A stretch of DNA of 64,000 nt, taken from assembly GCA_037189525.1 (NCBI GenBank), contig JBBCJC010000001.1, positions 672,001-736,000 of the forward strand. Reading direction: 5' to 3'. Position 1 is the stretch's first letter, and each line of letters begins with the position of its first letter. Both the position numbers and the translations under genes were made by a program. This document shows positions 1 to 7,914 of this stretch, in pieces. The notes under the pieces are model-generated. The model saw nothing but the letters and a program-made list of their open reading frames with translations, ran no database searches and had not been told where the DNA came from. The DNA is from Gemmatimonadales bacterium (GTDB lineage Bacteria; Gemmatimonadota; Gemmatimonadetes; Gemmatimonadales; GWC2-71-9).

Positions 1-457
1 CCACCCCGAGCTTGGGATAGCGGAACTCCCACCACCACTGATGCCCGATGACCTCGACTTCGACTTCCGGATTGGGCGTCGGCAGGGAGGTCTTGAAGAT
101 CGTCTTGACCGTCGGCACCGCGATGAAGACCAGAATAATCGCCGGGATGACGGTCCAGATGATTTCGAGCGTCGTGTTGCCGTGGCTCTGCTCGGGTTCC
201 GCATCACCAGGCTTGGCCCGGAACCGCCACAACACATAGATCAGGGCCGCTTCCACCAGGACGAAGACGATGACCGCCCACCAGAAGGTCTGGCGGAACA
301 GGCTGTCGACCAACCGGGTGAAATCACTGCGCGGATCGAGTGTCGTCTGCGGATAGTTCGGGTAGCTGTCGGCACACGCTGCGGCGAGTACGACCAGACC
401 TAAAAGGGCGGCCTTGGCCATCCACGCATGCTTGGCGCGGTTGGGGCTTCGTTCCAT
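1..457 (-). CDS. coxB: Cytochrome c oxidase subunit II, N-terminal part (runs off the window)
   Basis: Not in the ORF track. Manual minus-strand translation from ATG 457 (alternative 421) gives ...LVVLAAAC (lipobox)...HGNTTLEIIWTVIPAIIL...VEVIGHQWWWEFRYP, the typical COX2 TM and QWxW motifs. Confidence 0.93.
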   Translation of the reverse strand, partial: MERSPNRAKHAWMAKAALLGLVVLAAACADSYPNYPQTTLDPRSDFTRLVDSLFRQTFWWAVIVFVLVEAALIYVLWRFRAKPGDAEPEQSHGNTTLEIIWTVIPAIILVFIAVPTVKTIFKTSLPTPNPEVEVEVIGHQWWWEFRYPKLGV

Positions 458-524
458 GCGCTGCAAATCCGAGATTAATGAGGATTCGTAGTGAGGCCGG
501 AGAGGGCCCTCCACGACGGTCCGA

Positions 525-553
525 AGTTTAATAGCGACAAGCGTTTGCGTCAA
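525..553 (-). promoter_or_regulatory. Putative sigma70 promoter for coxB
   Basis: Minus strand TTGACG (553-548), 17-nt spacer, TAAACT (530-525), about 70 nt upstream of the ATG. Confidence 0.6.
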
Positions 554-802
554 GAAAACCGGTCACTTGCATGATTGTTATTTCCGATCAAGAAGCCCCC
601 TGATTCCGTGGTGCCAGAACCGCGACGACCTGCCCTTCACGGGTGGTTCATATGCCTCGACACGACAACTACTTAGGCGTGTCCGACGCCCCCGTTCCGC
701 TCCGAAGCAATTGTAGGTACCTTACGATTTGGCGGTTGATTCACCCTGCGCCCGGCTGTAATCCAGCCGGGCCAGCGTCTTTTCTGGAGCCTGGGAGTCG
801 CC

Positions 803-1273
803 ATGATCCGCGAGATGCGAGAAAAACTCGGCGCGGAAATCGAAGCGCTGACGCATGAACTCAAGATCACGCTGCCGCAGGCCATTGCGACGGCCGTGGC
901 GCTGGGTGATCTCCGGGAAAACTCGGAATACAAGGCCGCGCTGGAACGGCAGCAGCTGGTCCAGGCCCGGCTGGGACAACTCCATCAGCGGCTTGCCCAG
1001 CTGACCCAGCTCGCCAACACCGAGGCGCCGATCGATCGGGTGGGCCTGGGCTCCAAGGTCACCGTCATCGATATCGAGACCGAAGAAACCGAGACCTACC
1101 AGCTGGTCCTGGCCGAAATGATGGACATCGACGCGGGACACATCTCCCTGATGTCGCCGCTCGGTCGCGCCCTCAACGACCGCAAGGTCGGCGACGAGGT
1201 GACCCTCCGGCTCCCGACGCTGACGCGCCGGCTCCGGGTCACCGAACTCGTTACGGTCCATCAGGCAGGCTGA
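803..1273 (+). CDS. greA: Transcription elongation factor GreA/GreB family
   Basis: GDLRENSEYKAA acidic-tip motif, VGLGSKV and ISLMSPLGRAL. Confidence 0.93.
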   Translation: MIREMREKLGAEIEALTHELKITLPQAIATAVALGDLRENSEYKAALERQQLVQARLGQLHQRLAQLTQLANTEAPIDRVGLGSKVTVIDIETEETETYQLVLAEMMDIDAGHISLMSPLGRALNDRKVGDEVTLRLPTLTRRLRVTELVTVHQAG

Positions 1274-1277
1274 GTGT

Positions 1278-1643
1278 ATGGAGTTCCCGAAGAAACTGCT
1301 GGTCGTGGGCGATCGCGTCCTGGTCACCCCGGAAGACGGTGAAGACCGGACCCGGGTCGGGCTCTACCTGCCGGCCACCGCCATCGATACCCAGCAGATC
1401 CAGGGCGGGCTGATCGTCGCCACCGGCCCCGGCGACCCCGTTCCCGACGCCTCGAGCTTCGACGAAGAGCCCTGGCGCGCGCTGGAAAAGACCCCGCGCT
1501 TCCGCCCGATGCAGGCCCGGGTCGGCGATCACGCCATCTTCTTCCGTAAGGCCGCGGTCGAGATCTCCTTCGAAGACAAGAAGTACCTGGTCGTTCCCCA
1601 GGGCGCGATCCTGGTGCTGGTGCGCGATGAATTCCCCATCTGA
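1278..1643 (+). CDS. GroES/Cpn10-family co-chaperonin (orphan, long-loop type)
   Basis: GDRVLV, TRVGLYLP mobile loop, VATGPG, RVGDHAIF. Confidence 0.85.
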   Translation: MEFPKKLLVVGDRVLVTPEDGEDRTRVGLYLPATAIDTQQIQGGLIVATGPGDPVPDASSFDEEPWRALEKTPRFRPMQARVGDHAIFFRKAAVEISFEDKKYLVVPQGAILVLVRDEFPI

Positions 1644-2091
1644 CCCTCGGGTCAGCACCTCGAAGCCGCTGCCCCGACCGAAGACCATCTTCAGCCGCGC
1701 GCTCCGGCTCCGCTGCCCGGCCTGCGGCGGACGTCCCGTTCTGCTCAGCTGGCTCAAAGTGGCGCCGAACTGCCCCACCTGCGGCTTCCGATTCGATCGC
1801 CACGAGCCCGGATACTGGATCGGGAGTTACAGCATCAACATCTTCGCGACCGAAGGGGTGTTCGCGGTCTTCTTCGTGTTCGGGATGGTCGTCACCTGGC
1901 CCGACGTACCCTGGACCCGGCTCCTGATCATCGGACTGGGACTCGCCGTGGTAACGCCGTTCATCATTTTCCCCTACGCCCGCATGCTCTACCTGGCGCT
2001 CGATTTGAGCGTCCGGCCGCCGGAGCTCGCGGACCTGGCCGATCCGGCGGAGCCATCTCTCGTCAAACGCAATCAGACACCCCGGCCCTGA
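1627..2091 (+). CDS. DUF983-like zinc-ribbon membrane protein
   Basis: LRCPACG...CPTCG followed by two hydrophobic helices. Confidence 0.8.
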   Translation: MNSPSDPRVSTSKPLPRPKTIFSRALRLRCPACGGRPVLLSWLKVAPNCPTCGFRFDRHEPGYWIGSYSINIFATEGVFAVFFVFGMVVTWPDVPWTRLLIIGLGLAVVTPFIIFPYARMLYLALDLSVRPPELADLADPAEPSLVKRNQTPRP

Positions 2092-2122
2092 CGCTCGTCA
2101 ACACCGCGAAGGACTGACAACA

Positions 2123-2147
2123 GGGGCGTCCACCAGCACGACGCCCC
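2123..2147. terminator. Hairpin between convergent genes
   Basis: GGGGCGTC-N9-GACGCCCC; no clear U-tract. Confidence 0.45.
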
Positions 2148-2156
2148 CGCCGATCC

Positions 2157-3050
2157 TCAGCGCCCGGCTGCCGCCAGCCGGCGACGCCAGGTACGCACGC
2201 CGAACCAGCCACCGGCCAGCACCAGCCCGACCGGCACCACCACACCAAGCAGCGCAATCCCGCCCGCCACGACGGCCACGAAGTTCCGCCACGCGTTCTT
2301 GAAGGCCTCCTGGATCACGTTTTCACCGGGGCTCCCGACCAACGGCCCGGCCTCGAACACCGTGACGGCCAGCGTGCTCATGGCCACCTGGCGCTCCAGA
2401 TACCGGAGCCGCCCTTCATACCGCTCGATTTCCTGACGCACCCGGGCCAGTTCGCGTTCGACCCCAAGGACTTCCTCGAGCTTGCCGGCACGGGTCGCCA
2501 AGAGTGAGACGAGACGCTCCTCGAGCCGCTTGGCATTGGCCGTGCGCGCCGAGATATCGACGTACTCCTCGCCGACATCCTGGGTCGAGGTGGAAGCGTT
2601 GGTGACCGTACCGACCCCGCTCAGGCGATCGAAAGCCTCCTGGTACCGCGCGGCCGGCAGCTTGATCTCCAGCATGGCGCTTCGGACGGCCTGCTCGCCG
2701 GTCTGGAAGGAACTGTTGGCGACATACCCGCCCATCGCAGTCGCGACCTCGGTCACTCGCCGAATCGCGGCCTCCAGCGAATCGACCCGAATCGATGCGT
2801 ATCCGGTGCGGATCAGCATTCGATCGGGCAGTGGAACCGTCATCGGCGGTTCCTGCGGAGCGTCCTTGCCAAACCCTGCCGCATCGGCAGCCACGCTTCG
2901 GGTCGCCTGGTTGCCCACCAATCCGGGCGCAACGTTGGACGGCGCCGGAGCCTCGTCCATCAACGCTTCGGCCTCCGTCGGCTGATCCATCCCGCACCCA
3001 ACCAGCATCGAGACCAGGAACCCCACGGCAACGACGACTCGACCCGACAT
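2157..3050 (-). CDS. DUF4349-domain lipoprotein
   Basis: Lipobox LVGC; RMLIRTG, QDVGEEYVD, coiled coil ERELARVRQEIERYEGRLRYL; C-terminal TM helix. Confidence 0.88.
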   Translation of the reverse strand: MSGRVVVAVGFLVSMLVGCGMDQPTEAEALMDEAPAPSNVAPGLVGNQATRSVAADAAGFGKDAPQEPPMTVPLPDRMLIRTGYASIRVDSLEAAIRRVTEVATAMGGYVANSSFQTGEQAVRSAMLEIKLPAARYQEAFDRLSGVGTVTNASTSTQDVGEEYVDISARTANAKRLEERLVSLLATRAGKLEEVLGVERELARVRQEIERYEGRLRYLERQVAMSTLAVTVFEAGPLVGSPGENVIQEAFKNAWRNFVAVVAGGIALLGVVVPVGLVLAGGWFGVRTWRRRLAAAGR

Positions 3051-3206
3051 ATCCCGTTTCCTTTGACCGAAGTGGCCCGGGAGATGCCCCTGTCCCCGAA
3101 ACGTGCACAGCCCGCCTGCCTGTGAGTCCTGCCGCGGTCCCGCGGCGGTAACGCCGAGGTCACGCCGCGTCGGTATCGTGCCCCATATTCGTTGGGAGGA
3201 TTATGG

Positions 3207-3845
3207 ATGATGAGACAGCATATGGCTCGAGCCGGCGCGCTGGTGATCCTCGCCGCGGCCACCTGGACGGCCGGCGCCGCCGCCCAGACGCCCCGCGCCT
3301 GGTCTCCGGGCATCGGGATAAACCTCAACACGGCGCTCGGCCGTGAGGACGCGCCGTGGGGTCCCGGCGTGACCGTCGATCTGCTGCGTCGCTCCGGCCG
3401 GTTCGCCTTCGGGATCGAGGCCGGCTATCAATCGTTTGGTACGCAGGTGAGTCGGGTCGACGACTTCAATAATCAGCCGGGCTGGGTCTACCACGAGGAA
3501 TTCCGCCGCTCATGGTACCGCGCGGCGGCGATTGCCCGAATCGAGTTTGGCACCGCGCCGGTGCGTCCGTACCTGATCGGTGGCGGCGGTCCGTACGACG
3601 GCCACTATCGCGATCGCATCGAAGTCCGCGACGACAACGGCCAGCGCGTGCCGTTCTACGATTTCGAGGGCTCCGGCAGCGACGTCAAAGTCGGGGCCAC
3701 CGCGGGAGCCGGCCTAACGTTCGCGCGGCTCCGCGGGGGGATGCGTCTCGCACTCGAGGGTCGCTGGCACGGAATCTTCGACGTCACGGAAGACGGCTTC
3801 GGTACCGCCGACTTCCTCTCGGTGGGCCTGTCGCTGCGCTGGTAG
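3207..3845 (+). CDS. Putative outer-membrane beta-barrel protein
   Basis: GGGAGG RBS before ATG 3207; signal peptide ending AAAQ; amphipathic strands (VRPYLIGGGG, LALEGRWH); terminal VGLSLRW. Confidence 0.7.
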   Translation: MMRQHMARAGALVILAAATWTAGAAAQTPRAWSPGIGINLNTALGREDAPWGPGVTVDLLRRSGRFAFGIEAGYQSFGTQVSRVDDFNNQPGWVYHEEFRRSWYRAAAIARIEFGTAPVRPYLIGGGGPYDGHYRDRIEVRDDNGQRVPFYDFEGSGSDVKVGATAGAGLTFARLRGGMRLALEGRWHGIFDVTEDGFGTADFLSVGLSLRW

Positions 3846-3862
3846 CCACGCATCGTCTGCCA

Positions 3863-3886
3863 CCGCGACCTGACCCCAGGTCGCGG
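3863..3886. terminator. Hairpin between convergent genes
   Basis: CCGCGACCTG-accc-CAGGTCGCGG, a perfect 10-bp stem. Confidence 0.55.
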
Positions 3887-3900
3887 AGCCGACGCGTCGA

Positions 3901-5517
3901 TCAGCCTGGCATGGAGGACGGACTTCCGGAATCGCCCCACCCCGCCAGCAGGACCTGCAGCAGGCGATCGCTCTCCCCGACCGCCACCGGCTCGGTTTCC
4001 TCCTCGTCCTCCGGCTCGGCCGTCGACAGAAATGCCGGCACCTGAGGCGGGGGAGGGGTCGGAGGCTCGGGCCGCTCGAACAACCGGATCCGCGGCGGAT
4101 CCTTGGGCATGATGTTCTGATCCGGATCGAAATACGGATTGGGATCGAACAGATTGCGGAACGGCGGGTCGAACCGGTAGTTCGGCACCCGGGCAATCAC
4201 CGGCTGGTCGCCGCTGATCTGGAGGATCATCTCGTGATTCTCCAAATCGATGATGGCGTCGGGCGACCCGAATCCCGTCAGTTCGTGGAGCTCGGTGGCA
4301 GCCAGCGAGTTGAACGCCCCGAAGCACTGCAGCACCTGGCAGTTGTTCACCATGGTCTGCCAGTCCGACGGATAGAGCAACCGAAGCTGGCTCAGGTCCT
4401 GCCAGAAGCTCCAGGTGCGCAGACCGTAGCCGCGCAGCAGCGTGATGGCCTGCCGGAGCTGCGGCAGCGTGCCGAGCTGGGCCGCTTCATCGAGCAGGAA
4501 CAGCGTGGCCTGTTTGGCCCGGCGCCGCCGCCGCGTAATCGCCATCATCAGCGCCGCAATCCAGAGCCGCAGCAACTTGCCGTGGCTCTCGAGCATATGG
4601 GGCGGGACCACGATGTAGATCGAGAGTGGCTTGCCTAACGTAATGTCGTCGAGATCGAAGGTCGTTTCCCGGATGGCGTGCTGGACCAGCGGACCCCGCA
4701 GAAAATCGACGCCGTCCTGGGCCACCGCTACGATCGACCCGCGGGTTTCCGTGGCACCGACCGCCAACGATTGCGCCACGGCCCTGACCTCGGGATGCAC
4801 CGAGCCGCGCATCGCCTCGACCAGTTTGTCCGGGTCGCCGGAACTCAACCCGATCAAGTTCCGCACCGTGGTCAGGTTGCGCTCTTCAACGGGATAGTCC
4901 GCGATGGTGTGGAGAATCACCCCGAAGAGGAGGTGGGTCGCCCGCTCGTACCAGAACCGGTTCTTCTCATCCTGCCGATGATCGATCAGGATCTTGGCCA
5001 GCGCCGCCGCTTCGTCGACCGTCGTCGCCGAGGTGGGGTCGAGCATGTCGAGCGGATTGAGCGCGGCGGCCGGCTGATCGGTCACGCCGATCGGGTCGAG
5101 CACGATGACCTCGTGTCCCAATTCGCGCCGCCGCCGGGCCGTGATCGCCACGTTCTCGCCCTTCGGATCGATCGCGATGATCGGCCCTTCGTATCGCAGC
5201 AGCGCCGGGATGATACAGCCTACACCTTTGCCAGCCCCGGTGGGCGCAACCGTGATCAGGTGGCCATCGGTCTCCATCAGGATCGGATCGATGTATCCCG
5301 ATCGTGGCGTTCGCTCCGTGTCGCCGGCTCCGAACCCCATCGGGCGGCGCCCCCGCTCCATTTCGAGCGACCAGCCGATCAGCAGGCCCGGCGTTCCCAA
5401 CTCATCCGGCATCTTGAGGGTGGCCACCGGCATCTGCCGCCGCGAGCCCGCTCCGCTGCCGTCCCGCTCCGCCATCGTTGCCCAGGTATCGGGCAACCGT
5501 CGTCCGTCCGGGCTCAT
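3901..5517 (-). CDS. VirD4/TraG-like type IV coupling-protein ATPase, no obvious TM segment
   Basis: Walker A APTGAGKG, IDPKGE, LNPLDML, FWYERA, Walker B LFLLDEAAQLG, RGYGLRTWSFWQDLSQL; Pro/acidic tail; GGAG RBS. Confidence 0.9.
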   Translation of the reverse strand: MSPDGRRLPDTWATMAERDGSGAGSRRQMPVATLKMPDELGTPGLLIGWSLEMERGRRPMGFGAGDTERTPRSGYIDPILMETDGHLITVAPTGAGKGVGCIIPALLRYEGPIIAIDPKGENVAITARRRRELGHEVIVLDPIGVTDQPAAALNPLDMLDPTSATTVDEAAALAKILIDHRQDEKNRFWYERATHLLFGVILHTIADYPVEERNLTTVRNLIGLSSGDPDKLVEAMRGSVHPEVRAVAQSLAVGATETRGSIVAVAQDGVDFLRGPLVQHAIRETTFDLDDITLGKPLSIYIVVPPHMLESHGKLLRLWIAALMMAITRRRRRAKQATLFLLDEAAQLGTLPQLRQAITLLRGYGLRTWSFWQDLSQLRLLYPSDWQTMVNNCQVLQCFGAFNSLAATELHELTGFGSPDAIIDLENHEMILQISGDQPVIARVPNYRFDPPFRNLFDPNPYFDPDQNIMPKDPPRIRLFERPEPPTPPPPQVPAFLSTAEPEDEEETEPVAVGESDRLLQVLLAGWGDSGSPSSMPG

Positions 5518-5532
5518 CTCACGGCTCCATCG

Positions 5533-6258
5533 TTAGGCATCATACGTTTCGGCCTCGACGATCCTGAAGGGCGGACGAAAGAGTTCGCGACGGACCGGCA
5601 GGCGGGCCACCGGCTCGTCGTCGATCATGGTGATGCTGCCGGTCGACTGGATGGCAAACTTGGCCTGGAAGAGGCTGCCGCCATACAGCACCGACCCGTG
5701 GCCGATATAGGAGTCCTGCACGGCGAGCACCCCGGCCTCCCGGAGCGACTCGGACACCGCAAGGACCTTGGCGCGGGCGGCCGCGTCCTCACCCGGCAGC
5801 AGATCGAACTTCGTCTCGACGATCTGAAATCGTCCCTCTTCGCCATGGATGGCGCTACAGAAGAACCGCAGGTAATCGAGCGCCACCGCCGACTCCTTGA
5901 TCACCAGCGCCCCGGTGCCGTTCAAATCATGGATTGGGGCGGAGCTGCCGTCGATGGTGGTGATCCCGCCAGGTCCGTACAGAAACGCCAGCAATCCGGC
6001 CACTCCGTCTGGCAGTATGACCTGCACCTCCGCCAGAATCCACCCCGGATAGAACCGCGGCCGCATGGCCCGAACTCTGACGGGCCAATGCTCCGTGAAC
6101 AGGCGCCGCTGTCGATCCGACTCCGCCTTCTGCCCATAGCGGATCAGCAGCGGGACGGCCTCGGCCACGGCCAAGTCACGCCAGTCCCCGACGATGAGTG
6201 GCGGCGCCACCCACTCGTCGGGAACCGCCGGGGGTGTTACGACTTCCGGAACGCTCAC
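5533..6258 (-). CDS. Hypothetical protein (241 aa) coupled to the VirD4-like gene
   Basis: GTG start overlaps the upstream stop (GTGA); 15 nt from the VirD4 start; globular sequence with motif-like DGSSAPIHDLN and YLRFFCSAIHGEEGRFQIVE. Confidence 0.8.
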   Translation of the reverse strand: MSVPEVVTPPAVPDEWVAPPLIVGDWRDLAVAEAVPLLIRYGQKAESDRQRRLFTEHWPVRVRAMRPRFYPGWILAEVQVILPDGVAGLLAFLYGPGGITTIDGSSAPIHDLNGTGALVIKESAVALDYLRFFCSAIHGEEGRFQIVETKFDLLPGEDAAARAKVLAVSESLREAGVLAVQDSYIGHGSVLYGGSLFQAKFAIQSTGSITMIDDEPVARLPVRRELFRPPFRIVEAETYDA

Positions 6259-7889
6259 GGCGTTGCCGCCGGCCCGCAGCTGCCGTTCGGCGCCCGCACC
6301 ATCGGATACCGGATGCCGAGCTGTTCGAGATAGGTCGGATACTTGGAGGCGTCGTAATAGAACGGCCGCATCTGCTCGCGATACCGCGCCAGGATCCCCT
6401 CGTTGAGGTGGATCGCCGGCTTGTCCTGCGGGCGAATCAGCGGCTCGTACTTGACGTCCTTGGTCTGCACGTTCCGATAGTAGTCCCAGGCATCCGTCAC
6501 CAGCTGCGGCGTGAGCAGGATGTCGAGCATCGTCATGGCCAGGGCCTTGGCGCCGGCCGTAGCGCCCTTGTGCGCAACTGGCGTGGCCATGGCGATGGCG
6601 TCGGTCCAGTTGTGACCCGGCAGGCCGGGAATGTTGGACGGGAACCGGAGGGTCACCGACGGCAGCGTCCAGGTCACGTCACCGATGTCGTCCGAGCCTC
6701 CGCCGCGCATGTCCTCGAGCCGCGGCGGTGGCCGGAGTTCGGTTCCCACGTCGGTGTTGAGACCGCGCACCGGCACCTTCATCTCGGTCTGGAGCGCCTT
6801 GGCAAAGCGCTGGTCGTCCTCCGACCACTGCGGCATCCCCACCACCTTGATGTTCTCGTGCATCGCCTCGGCGATCGGCTTGTTGTGGTGCTGCGGCCAG
6901 GCGGAACCCAGCACGCGAGTCGGCTCCAGCGTGGTCCCGCTCATCATCGCCGCGCCGGCCGCGATCGAATCGGCGACGGCCCAGACGTACTTGATGTTCT
7001 GATAGTCGGTGTCACGGAAGTAGTACCAGACCGACGCGACCTGCGGCACCACGTTGGGCTGGTCACCGCCGTTGTTGACGATGTAGTGCGACCGGTGGGA
7101 GAGCCGGAGATGCTCACGCCGGAAATTCCAGCCTACGTTCATCAGTTCGACGGCATCGAGCGCGCTCCGCCCCCGCCACGGCGCGCCGGCCGAATGCGCC
7201 GAGATGCCGCGGAAGGTGTACTCGACCGAGACGAGCCCCGTCCCGTCGGGCTGTCCCCAGGACACGCCCAGCGAGTTCGAGACGTGGGAGAAGATGTTGA
7301 TATCGACATCCTTGAAGAGCCCGGCGCGCACGAAGTACGCCTTGGTCCCGATCTGCTCCTCGGCCACACCGGGCCAGATCTTGATGGTGCCGGGAATCTT
7401 TTCCCGCTCCATCAGGCGTTTGACCGCCAGCGCAGCGGTGATGTTGAGGCCCTGGCCCGCGTTGTGTCCCTCGCCATGTCCGGGCCCGCCCGGCACCATC
7501 GGGGCACGACACGCCACCCCGGGAAACTGCGAGGCCTGGGGAATCCCGTCGATATCCGAACCAAGTGCGATCACCGGCTTGCCCGAGCCCCAGGTGGCCA
7601 CCCAGGCCGTGGGGATTCCGGCATAGTTCTCTTCGATCGTGAATCCTTCGCGCCGCAGGATGTCGGTCAGATACTTCGAAGTCTCGAACTCCTGGAAGCC
7701 GAGTTCGCCGAAGCTGAAAACCTGATCGACCATTTCCTGGGTGGATTTGGCTCGCCCTTCGACATCCGTCACGACCTCTTTCTTGAGCCGCGCCAGGCGC
7801 GGATCGGGCCGGGTCGAGGGCCTGGCCTGCGCATCGAGCGTGCCGGCGGTAGGCCAGGCAAGAACGGCGAGGAGGAGGAGATGACGCAT
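6255..7889 (-). CDS. Secreted M20-family amidohydrolase (AbgB-like), copy 2
   Basis: GGAG RBS before ATG 7889; signal peptide; GSDIDGIP, GHGEGHN, GVAEE, AHSAGAPWRGRSALDAVELM, GGSDDIGDV. Confidence 0.92.
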   Translation of the reverse strand: MRHLLLLAVLAWPTAGTLDAQARPSTRPDPRLARLKKEVVTDVEGRAKSTQEMVDQVFSFGELGFQEFETSKYLTDILRREGFTIEENYAGIPTAWVATWGSGKPVIALGSDIDGIPQASQFPGVACRAPMVPGGPGHGEGHNAGQGLNITAALAVKRLMEREKIPGTIKIWPGVAEEQIGTKAYFVRAGLFKDVDINIFSHVSNSLGVSWGQPDGTGLVSVEYTFRGISAHSAGAPWRGRSALDAVELMNVGWNFRREHLRLSHRSHYIVNNGGDQPNVVPQVASVWYYFRDTDYQNIKYVWAVADSIAAGAAMMSGTTLEPTRVLGSAWPQHHNKPIAEAMHENIKVVGMPQWSEDDQRFAKALQTEMKVPVRGLNTDVGTELRPPPRLEDMRGGGSDDIGDVTWTLPSVTLRFPSNIPGLPGHNWTDAIAMATPVAHKGATAGAKALAMTMLDILLTPQLVTDAWDYYRNVQTKDVKYEPLIRPQDKPAIHLNEGILARYREQMRPFYYDASKYPTYLEQLGIRYPMVRAPNGSCGPAATP

Positions 7890-7914
7890 CAGAAGCTCCG
7901 TTCGCGTGTCATGG

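Noticed and set aside
537..547. ACAAGCGTTTG shared between the coxB promoter spacer and the TetR operator (27274-27284)
   Set aside because: The coxB copy lacks the palindromic left arm; a single 11-mer match is too weak to claim co-regulation.
3901..5517. Conjugative element or ICE
   Set aside because: No virB, relaxase, integrase or att-like repeats visible; only the coupling-protein homolog is present.
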